46,533 nucleotides of DNA, from assembly GCA_028282585.1 (NCBI GenBank), contig JANQHR010000068.1, positions 1 through 46,533 of the forward strand, given 5' to 3'. This stretch comes from Bacteroidales bacterium. GTDB lineage: Bacteria; Bacteroidota; Bacteroidia; Bacteroidales; UBA12077. This document shows, in pieces, positions 38,861-46,533 of the stretch. Position 1 is the stretch's first letter. Every line of letters begins with the position of its first letter. Made by a program: the position numbers and the translations under genes. Under the pieces are notes generated by a model that was given only the letters and a program-made list of their open reading frames with translations, was not told the origin of the DNA and ran no database searches.

Positions 38861-40234
38861 ATGTCAAACGATGATTCTGACGTTTTAATTTATATCCCGT
38901 TAAAAAAAGATAAATTAGGGGAGTACGATTTAAATTGGATTAATTCTTTTCAGTCTATTTTAGAAACAAGCTTGCAACAAATTACCAGGCAGGCCATTAA
39001 CGTAGATAAATCATTTTTAGGTGAAATTATAGCAGGGCAGAAGTTTAAAGTGCTTGTTGAGTTACTTCCAAATGCGGATTTTGAGGATATAGATGAACAA
39101 TTGTTTGGTGACAAACGAACTATTCAAGTTAATTGTCATCCAGATATTATTAAAGAAATTTCTAAAGAATCTTTTATAGTTAATTTGTATGATGAGATAA
39201 AAAATAATCCAGTTGATATTACAGGGCGTATTGATGAGCTTAAAAATGAAGTTTGGCTGAAGTTTTTAGATATAGCTTATGAAATAAGAGAAGCAGTTAC
39301 AACCAGAAGAGAATCAAAGCGGGTCAAGGGAAAGATATTTGTTGCAGAAACAAGTTCGGAACAGAATGTAAATCGCGAAACAATAATTAGAGAACTAGAA
39401 CATTTAGGTTATAATATTCTACCAGACAAGCATTTTCCAAAAGATATGAACTCTTTTAGCGAATTGGTTCACAATAGTATGAAAGAATGTTTTTTATCTA
39501 TTCATATTATTGGTAATTTTTATGCACCATTAATTAAGAATATTGATGTATCTAGTATTGAATTACAGAACGATTTATTTCATGAAGTAGCAGCTGAACT
39601 AAATACAAAAGGTCAAATTTTAAAAAGATTAGTTTGGATTCCACCGGATATAAAACCAAAATCCGAAAAACAGAAATTATATATTGAAAGTTTTAAACGT
39701 AATATTGAATTACTAAAAAATACAGAAATAATTCAAGCTCCTATTGAAGTATTCAAAACTATAATTGAAGGAAAAGCACAATCTATTTTAGAATCAAAAA
39801 CTACAAAAGAAGTTGATAAGAAAGAAATCAGTTCGGTTTATTTAATTTCAAATAATTTAAATAGTGATTATTATAACGTAATGAAAAGCGAATTGTTAAA
39901 CCATAAACTAGATGTTCTGGAAGTTGTTGATACTAATAATAAAATTGAATTAATACAAAATCATTACTATAATTTAATTAATTGCGATGCTTTATTAATT
40001 GATTATTCGGTTAGTAATTCGCAATGGCTAAATAGTAAATTAAGTGATGTAATAAAATCACCAGGTTTTGGCAGGAAAAAGGATTTTATTGTAAAATCGG
40101 TTTTACTTAATGTGGAAGAAACCCCTGATATAAATATAAAGATTAGTAACCTGGATATTATTAACAATCATAAAAAGGATATTAATCAGAGATTAATTTC
40201 TTTCATCGAAAAAATTAATAAAAATGATACCTGA
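38861..40234 (+). CDS. Cytoplasmic multi-domain TIR-like/DUF4062-like protein
   Basis: Three alpha/beta blocks: DVLIYIP...NWINSF, IFVAET...RETIIRELEHLGYNILP...LSIHIIG, and VYLIS...CDALLIDY...WLNSK. Overlaps the STAND gene by 11 bp. Confidence 0.65.
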   Translation: MSNDDSDVLIYIPLKKDKLGEYDLNWINSFQSILETSLQQITRQAINVDKSFLGEIIAGQKFKVLVELLPNADFEDIDEQLFGDKRTIQVNCHPDIIKEISKESFIVNLYDEIKNNPVDITGRIDELKNEVWLKFLDIAYEIREAVTTRRESKRVKGKIFVAETSSEQNVNRETIIRELEHLGYNILPDKHFPKDMNSFSELVHNSMKECFLSIHIIGNFYAPLIKNIDVSSIELQNDLFHEVAAELNTKGQILKRLVWIPPDIKPKSEKQKLYIESFKRNIELLKNTEIIQAPIEVFKTIIEGKAQSILESKTTKEVDKKEISSVYLISNNLNSDYYNVMKSELLNHKLDVLEVVDTNNKIELIQNHYYNLINCDALLIDYSVSNSQWLNSKLSDVIKSPGFGRKKDFIVKSVLLNVEETPDINIKISNLDIINNHKKDINQRLISFIEKINKNDT

Positions 40235-43200
40235 TAATAATTCAAATAGTACCAATGGTATTTTTAATCCATTTCCCGGACTAAGGCCTTTTAAGGTAGA
40301 AGAAAGCCATTTATTTTTTGGCAGGGAAGGACAAAGCGAAGAAATTTTAAAGAAATTATCCGAAGAAAGATTTGTAGCAGTTATTGGTGCATCAGGTAGT
40401 GGTAAATCTTCTTTGATTTATTGTGGGTTAGTTCCAACATTATATGGTGGGTTTATTGGTGAAGCTAAGTCAAAATGGAACATAATTGCATCGCGTCCAG
40501 GTAATGCTCCTATAGAGAATTTAGCAAATGCAATACTTGCTAAAACTTCAACTGAGGATGAAAATAATTTAATTAAACAAAAGTTAAATGCATCCATCTT
40601 AAGAAGTAGTTCAAATGGCTTAGTTGAGATACTGGATCAAACTTTTGATTTTGAAAAGGAAAATATATTAATCATAATTGATCAATTTGAAGAATTGTTT
40701 AGATATAAGAGCAGTAGAAAGGATCAATCTACATATAATGAATCAGAAGCATTTGTAAAACTCTTGGTTAACGCAGATAAAACGCCGGATATACCGGTAT
40801 ATATAGTTTTGACAATGCGATCTGATTTTATTGGTGAATGTTCGCAATTCCATGAACTAACTGAACTTATTAATGATTCAAACTACCTGGTTCCCCAAAT
40901 GACTCGCGATGATTTTAAGCGGGCGATCGAAGGTCCGGTAGCAGTTGGAGGAGCAAAAATTGAAACTCAGTTGGTACAGCAGTTATTAAATGAGGTTGGA
41001 GACAATCCTGACCAATTACCTATCTTACAGCATGCATTAATGAGAACATGGAATTATTGGATGGAGCATTCCGATAGAAACCAGCCTATAAACATTTCTG
41101 ATTATGAGGCAATTGGTAGAATGGAAAAAGCACTCTCCGAACATGCTAATGAAGCTTACGATGAGTTAAGTGATGATCAAAAGCGAATCTGTGAAAGTCT
41201 GTTTAAAACGATCACAGAGAAAGGAAATGATAATCGAGGAATTCGCCATCCAACTAGTATTATGGACATTGCTTCGATTTCGAAAACAACTTCTGATCAG
41301 GTGATTAGTGTAATTGATCCGTTTAGAGCTGCTGGTAGATCATTTATTACTCCATCGTCGGAAGTTCCTTTAAATGAAGATAGTATTATTGATTTATCAC
41401 ACGAAAGTTTAATGCGGATTTGGAATAAGTTAAAGCTATGGGTTGAGGAAGAATGGAATGCAGTGCAAATGTATATGAGGTTATCGGAGGCGGCGGAGAT
41501 GTATCAAGTTGGAAGTACGGGATTATGGCGCCCACCAGATTTGCAGTTGGCATTAAATTGGCGCGAAAAACAAAATCCAACATTAGCCTGGGCACAACGA
41601 TATAATCCAGCTTTTGAGAGATCAATGGTTTATCTTGAAACCAGCGATAAACAATTTAGAGCCGAAGAAGAAAATAAAGTAAAACTTCAAAAACGACAAT
41701 TACGTCGATCTAAAATATTTGCAATAGTTCTTGGTTCCGCAGCCATTGTAGCGATGGGGCTGACTATTTATTCTCAAACTTTAAAAACAAAAGCAGAAAA
41801 ACAAGAACGTATTGCAAATGAACAGAAACTAGAAGCAGAAAAACAGAAAGAAATAGCAGAGCAGCAAACGGAACTAGCTAAACAACAAGAACAGATAGCT
41901 GTTGAACAGAAAGATATTGCCGATCAGCAAAGGCAAATTGCGGTGGAAAAAGAGCAGGAAGCAACTCAGAATTATGAAATTGCTCAACAACAAACAAATC
42001 TTGCTATTGAAAGAGAGAAAGAAGCTAATGAGCAAAGAGCATTAGCCGAAGAGAATGCCGAGGAAGCAAGAAAGCAATCGATGGCGGCAGAAAAAGCTCG
42101 ACAGGAAGCTTTTCAACGTCGAATGTTGTCAATATCACAAAGTATGGCTGTTAAATCTTTACAGATTTCTGATGATACACAGTTAAAAGCACTAGTTGCA
42201 TATCAATCTTATATGTTTAATGAGAACTTTGAAGGACCAATGCATAATCCTGATGTTTATTTAGGGTTATATTATGCTTTAAAAGGATTAAAAGGTCAAT
42301 TTCATAATGCTTTAAATGGTCATACAGGTTCTGTAATGGATATTGCATTTGTACCGGGATCTAATATTATGTATAGTACTGGTGGAGATGGTAAAATAAT
42401 TAAATGGGATATTGATAATGTTGAAAAACCTTTCGAAACCATAATAGAAAATACATTATCACAACGTTCTTTAGGAATAACTCCGGATGGAAAGTGGTTG
42501 ATTTGTGCCAAAGATGATGGGAAAATATTACTCTTAAACTTAGCCAATAATGTTGAGGTTGATAGAGAACTGGAAGGACATACTCGAATGGTAAGTTCTA
42601 TAGAGGTTGCACCAAATAATAAATTTTTCATTTCAGCAAGTAACGATAAAACCATAAGAAAGTGGGATTTAAATACTTTGGAAAGTGAAGTTTTTGTTCG
42701 AAGTGATTCCAAAATAAATTCCGTTGAAATCTCAAGAAATTCTGAGCTGATATTGGCAGGAACGCAAGATGGAAGAATTCATATTTATAATGCAAATGAC
42801 ACTTCTGATGTTAAAGTTATTGAAAATGAAGTTAATGCATCAATAAGCGCATTAAAATATAATAATGAAGGTAATTGGCTTGTAGCCGGAGATTCAAAGG
42901 GAAATGTAGTTATAAGAGATGCAGAAAGTCTAGTAAAAATAGAAAATCTGGAAGGACATAAATCTAGAATATACGATATTGATTTTAATATTAATGATCA
43001 TCAGTTGGCTACATCTAGTCTTGACGGTACGGTTCGAATTTGGGATTGTATGAATTTAAATAATCAACCAATTGAATTAACAGATCATGAATCATGGGTA
43101 TTGTCAATTGCATTTACGCCAGATGGAAAAAAACTTGTGACTTCCAGCAATCAAAAAGACAGAATATTAATATGGTCTACTAAACTAGACTATATTGCAG

Positions 43201-43304
43201 AAGAATTAAAAACTAGAATTACTCGTAATATGTCAAATGAGGAATGGAACGTTTACGTTGCCGAAGATATAGAGTATGAACAAACACTAGCGAATATAAA
43301 TTAA
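40224..43304 (+). CDS. nSTAND1-type NTPase with TM helix, long coiled coil and WD40 propeller (Hat/HatR-like annotation)
   Basis: NPFPGLRPF, FFGRE, Walker A GASGSGKSS, Walker B IIIDQFEELF, LTMRSDF, LPILQHAL, and DLSHESL. TM at 41715-41774, 16 Ala-led heptads, then about 7 GH...WD repeats. Confidence 0.92.
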   Translation: MIPDNNSNSTNGIFNPFPGLRPFKVEESHLFFGREGQSEEILKKLSEERFVAVIGASGSGKSSLIYCGLVPTLYGGFIGEAKSKWNIIASRPGNAPIENLANAILAKTSTEDENNLIKQKLNASILRSSSNGLVEILDQTFDFEKENILIIIDQFEELFRYKSSRKDQSTYNESEAFVKLLVNADKTPDIPVYIVLTMRSDFIGECSQFHELTELINDSNYLVPQMTRDDFKRAIEGPVAVGGAKIETQLVQQLLNEVGDNPDQLPILQHALMRTWNYWMEHSDRNQPINISDYEAIGRMEKALSEHANEAYDELSDDQKRICESLFKTITEKGNDNRGIRHPTSIMDIASISKTTSDQVISVIDPFRAAGRSFITPSSEVPLNEDSIIDLSHESLMRIWNKLKLWVEEEWNAVQMYMRLSEAAEMYQVGSTGLWRPPDLQLALNWREKQNPTLAWAQRYNPAFERSMVYLETSDKQFRAEEENKVKLQKRQLRRSKIFAIVLGSAAIVAMGLTIYSQTLKTKAEKQERIANEQKLEAEKQKEIAEQQTELAKQQEQIAVEQKDIADQQRQIAVEKEQEATQNYEIAQQQTNLAIEREKEANEQRALAEENAEEARKQSMAAEKARQEAFQRRMLSISQSMAVKSLQISDDTQLKALVAYQSYMFNENFEGPMHNPDVYLGLYYALKGLKGQFHNALNGHTGSVMDIAFVPGSNIMYSTGGDGKIIKWDIDNVEKPFETIIENTLSQRSLGITPDGKWLICAKDDGKILLLNLANNVEVDRELEGHTRMVSSIEVAPNNKFFISASNDKTIRKWDLNTLESEVFVRSDSKINSVEISRNSELILAGTQDGRIHIYNANDTSDVKVIENEVNASISALKYNNEGNWLVAGDSKGNVVIRDAESLVKIENLEGHKSRIYDIDFNINDHQLATSSLDGTVRIWDCMNLNNQPIELTDHESWVLSIAFTPDGKKLVTSSNQKDRILIWSTKLDYIAEELKTRITRNMSNEEWNVYVAEDIEYEQTLANIN

Positions 43305-43314
43305 CCCTAACAAT

Positions 43315-44346
43315 ATGAATCAACTTTTACACTATATTCCAATACTGCTTTTAATTCTAATGTCACTATCTTCCAAGTCACAAGAAAATACTTGTGCTTT
43401 TAAATTGGAAGAAGCTGAAGCTTTATATGAAACTGGTATTCTCGATTCTATTCCATCAATATTAAGATCGTGTATCAGTAATGACGGTTTTGACGATGAA
43501 GAGCTATCAAGAGCATATAAATTATTAATTCTTACTTACCTTTTTGAAGATTATCAGGAAATGGCGGAATTAACTATGTTAAAATTCTTAAAAGAATTCC
43601 CTGAATACGAGTTAAAAGCAACTGATCCCGTTGAATTTACTTTTTTATACAATTCGTACCAAACTATCCCTTCATGGTCAATAGGTATTATAGCTGGAGG
43701 AAACTATTCTTTTGCAAGAATAATTGAACCATATTATATGGATAACTCGAATGAATACAAAGGGGAATATAAGACAGGAATTTCTTTTCAAGCAGGTTTG
43801 CAACTTAAGAAATATATTACAGATGAGATAGATATTAATCTTGATATAATGTATACTGCAAAAACATTCGAATATTCGATCGAACAAATTAATACCACTA
43901 CAAATTACTTAGAAAACCAATCTCTTTTATCAGTTCCATTATCGGGTACATACGATTTTAATTATGGCAAATGGGATCCGTATGTGCGAATAGGAATTAG
44001 TCTGGATTACTTATTAGGAGCTAAAGCAGATTTTGAAAAAATATACCCTTCAGATCAGTCTCAATATAATATTAAAGAAACGGATGTAGATATTATTGAT
44101 GACAGAAATCTATTTCAAATATCCGCCTTGATTGGTGGTGGGGTTAAATACAATATCAAAATGGGCTATGTAATGTTAGACGTTAGATATCATTATAATT
44201 TTACAAATATCGTAAACGGGGAAAACCGTAATAGCAGTTTAAAGTGGGCTAATTATAATTATATAGATGATGATTTTACCGTTAATAATATCTATTTCTC
44301 TTTAGGGTTTGTATATCCTTTCTATAAAACAAAACAAAGCAAATAA
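43315..44346 (+). CDS. Outer-membrane beta-barrel (PorT-like) with N-terminal TPR-like helical domain
   Basis: Signal peptide (SKS-Q), helical CAFKLEEAEALYETG...AYKLLILTYLF region, then amphipathic strands (LSVPL, LDVRYHY, FSLGFVY). Confidence 0.78.
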   Translation: MNQLLHYIPILLLILMSLSSKSQENTCAFKLEEAEALYETGILDSIPSILRSCISNDGFDDEELSRAYKLLILTYLFEDYQEMAELTMLKFLKEFPEYELKATDPVEFTFLYNSYQTIPSWSIGIIAGGNYSFARIIEPYYMDNSNEYKGEYKTGISFQAGLQLKKYITDEIDINLDIMYTAKTFEYSIEQINTTTNYLENQSLLSVPLSGTYDFNYGKWDPYVRIGISLDYLLGAKADFEKIYPSDQSQYNIKETDVDIIDDRNLFQISALIGGGVKYNIKMGYVMLDVRYHYNFTNIVNGENRNSSLKWANYNYIDDDFTVNNIYFSLGFVYPFYKTKQSK

Positions 44347-44362
44347 GTAAATATCAATAATC

Positions 44363-45580
44363 ATGTGTAAACTAAAAAATATTATTATTCTGTTTTCTTT
44401 ACTATTTTTCCTTGCATGCGATCAGCTTGATATTTCTTCAAATCAAGCAGAAAGCTTTGTGAAATTTTATGGATCAGAAGGTGCAGATGTTGGTGTAGAT
44501 GTTAAAAATTTTAATAATGGTTACCTAATTCTTGCTACAGCTACTTCAGGAAGTGGTAGTACTGATATGGTGCTAATTCAAACTGACAAATTTGGTAATT
44601 TGATAGAAAGTGCTGTTGATACCCTATCTTCTGTTAGGGGAGGAAACAATAATGCGTCTGAGTTATTACTAACCTCCGATGGAGGATTTGTGGTAGTAGG
44701 CACTGTTAATGATACTTTAAATAAACATACTGATATTTATGTAGGAAAGTTTAGCTCTAGCGCAGAAAACGAATGGGAAAAAGTAATTGGAACAATTAAT
44801 AACGAAGTAGGAACTTCAGTAAAAAAAGCTAATTCAGGTTATATTATTGCCGGGAGCACTGATGCAGAGGATGATGGAAATGGAAATAACAGAGGGTTCA
44901 AGGATATTTTTTTGGTAAAAATTGATGATACTGGAAATGTTGAATGGATGCAAAATCATGGTTTTGAAGGTAATGACTATTCAGGTGAGGTAATTGTTGT
45001 TGAAAATGGGTATTTGATTGTAGGAACAACAGAATCAACACTTCATAGCCAAGAAAATAATAACATTATTTTACTTAAAACTAATCAAGTGGGTATAAGC
45101 CCCGAAATAGATACATATGGTGGAGATCAGAATGATTATGGAAATGCTATTGTAAGAACTAGTGATGAAGAATTTATTGTGGTTGGTTCTGTAGAGAATG
45201 TTGCAGGAGACAATTCAAGTATTTATGTATTTAAAATATCGGATAATATATTTGAAACCGAATGGGTTGAACAGTATGAGGAATCATTAAATGCACGCGG
45301 ATATGATATTACTGGAGCAAATGGAGGATTTGTTATTGTTGGAGACATAGAATTAACAACTGGTTTTGCAGGCAGCTTTTTAAAAATTAGTGGAGATAGG
45401 GAGATTCTAATTGGTAACTCAAATGAGGGAAGAGATGCATTAACTTATGGCGGTTATGGACAAAAATTATATGCAATAGAACCTACTTCTGATGGAGGTT
45501 ATATTATGGTCGGAAGTTCAGGTGTCTCAGGAATAGAAATGATCTATCTGTTAAAAGTAAACTCCAATGGAGAGTTGTAA
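44363..45580 (+). CDS. Lipoprotein with beta-propeller-type repeats
   Basis: Lipobox FLA-C followed by an acidic stretch; repeated T-x-DGG(F/Y)-h-h-h-G...D-h-h-h-h-K units. Confidence 0.8.
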   Translation: MCKLKNIIILFSLLFFLACDQLDISSNQAESFVKFYGSEGADVGVDVKNFNNGYLILATATSGSGSTDMVLIQTDKFGNLIESAVDTLSSVRGGNNNASELLLTSDGGFVVVGTVNDTLNKHTDIYVGKFSSSAENEWEKVIGTINNEVGTSVKKANSGYIIAGSTDAEDDGNGNNRGFKDIFLVKIDDTGNVEWMQNHGFEGNDYSGEVIVVENGYLIVGTTESTLHSQENNNIILLKTNQVGISPEIDTYGGDQNDYGNAIVRTSDEEFIVVGSVENVAGDNSSIYVFKISDNIFETEWVEQYEESLNARGYDITGANGGFVIVGDIELTTGFAGSFLKISGDREILIGNSNEGRDALTYGGYGQKLYAIEPTSDGGYIMVGSSGVSGIEMIYLLKVNSNGEL

Positions 45581-45621
45581 TTCTGTTTTTTAATTTGATT
45601 AGGACTATAAATTAATTAATT

Positions 45622-46533
45622 ATGAAAGTATTTTATAGGATATTGGGATTGACAATGCTTTTTTTACTGTCAAGTAACGTTTACTCACAAATGACTATTG
45701 TAGATGCAGTAGCAATTGATGGAAATTCAGACGGTTATTATGGCACTATTGAGTTTAAGTTTTCGACTAATATAGTTGATTCAGAATTTGATCAAAGTGT
45801 TTTTACTGATAATGAATGGATATTCTCATTAGATCCATTTTTTTCTGATACTTTAAGCCCAAATAACTGGAATACTAACGTAAATGAAATAGATGGTGGA
45901 GTAACGGGAGGAGATGATGAGTATATACAAATTGTATTTCCTCTTGATGGCCAATTTCAAGCAAGTAGTGGCCCTGTTTACATGAGATATACAAACGGCA
46001 ATGCTGATGAAATTACAGAAAGCGGTGGTGCTAATGATACATTGTTTAGTTTCTCACTGTATAGTGCCCGTGATTTGGCCCCGCCAGAGATTGATACTGT
46101 AATGTCTAATGCAAATTCGGTTGATACATTAATTGTAGGTGAATCCATAACTTTTACGGTGGATTTTAATGATTCTATACCAGATCCAAATCTAACTATT
46201 TATCCTTTACAATATAATGGAGGAGATCTGAATTGGGGGACTTTAAATAATGGTGATACGTATATAGGAACTTACACTGTTGTTGAAGGCCATGATGACC
46301 AATTTCCACCAAAGCAACTTACAGGAGTTTATGCGGTTGACGAAGAAGGTAATACAAGTAAAAGTATGTTTGATGGAAGTGATGTTGAGAAATCCATAGA
46401 TGCCAACACCCCGGTAATTAATAGTGTAACATCTAATGCGACACTTTCAGATACTTTAATTGCAGGCGGTTCAATAGAATTTACAGTAGATATTCAAGTA
46501 GATGATCCGAATTTGGTCATAACACCTTCAACT
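45622..46533 (+). CDS. Exported acidic surface protein with tandem Ig-like repeats (partial, runs off the window)
   Basis: Not in the ORF track. Open for 304 codons from ATG 45622 (MKVFYRILGLTMLFLLSSNVYS-Q). 109-aa repeat: DLAPPEIDTVMSNANSVDTLIVGESITFTVD vs DANTPVINSVTSNATLSDTLIAGGSIEFTVD. Confidence 0.85.
   Translation, partial: MKVFYRILGLTMLFLLSSNVYSQMTIVDAVAIDGNSDGYYGTIEFKFSTNIVDSEFDQSVFTDNEWIFSLDPFFSDTLSPNNWNTNVNEIDGGVTGGDDEYIQIVFPLDGQFQASSGPVYMRYTNGNADEITESGGANDTLFSFSLYSARDLAPPEIDTVMSNANSVDTLIVGESITFTVDFNDSIPDPNLTIYPLQYNGGDLNWGTLNNGDTYIGTYTVVEGHDDQFPPKQLTGVYAVDEEGNTSKSMFDGSDVEKSIDANTPVINSVTSNATLSDTLIAGGSIEFTVDIQVDDPNLVITPST

Noticed and set aside
41793-42128. DNA tandem repeat or CRISPR-like array
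   Set aside because: The periodicity is at the protein heptad level with diverged codons; no identical DNA repeats or spacers.
4249-43887. Short antisense or nested ORFs from the track (e.g. 4570..4854, 19637..19954, 20177..20701, 42320..42712)
   Set aside because: They lie almost wholly within long genes with clear motifs and show no recognisable domains; they are shadow ORFs.

Overview
AT-rich Bacteroidota chromosomal window (Bacteroidales/Marinilabiliales-like, judged from TAnnTTTG promoters, a T9SS C-terminal domain and Q-rule signal peptides). It holds about 28 credible CDSs; no rRNA, intact tRNA or CRISPR array was seen. Left part: a very AT-rich 1318-aa multi-TM/Cache-like protein behind a tRNA-3'-like structured element, a T9SS-secreted S8 protease, a C1 aminopeptidase, an SDR, tag and mnmE. 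A 2.37-kb integrase-less islet sits at the mnmE 3' end, bounded by 18-bp att direct repeats and TGTTGCCC arm-like motifs; it carries an AbiE-type toxin-antitoxin pair with a perfect 14-bp inverted-repeat operator. Middle: an LPP20-like/CsgG-like+2xDUF1566 pair, a 2474-aa soluble multi-PAS/PocR/GAF hybrid kinase, an OlsF-like acyltransferase, and possible redox genes (Cys-cluster kinase, hemerythrin, SCP2-Isf fusion). Right end (33.7 kb onward): a tightly packed operon of at least 7 genes, namely NTT-HEAT-degenerate cNMP transporter, Cache/HAMP-SpoIIE phosphatase, degenerate multi-TIR-like protein, membrane-anchored nSTAND1-coiled-coil-WD40 protein, OM beta-barrel, propeller lipoprotein and an Ig-repeat surface protein. 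This operon is the best candidate for an uncharacterised trans-envelope STAND signalling or conflict system. All family calls come from motif recognition by eye, not database searches.
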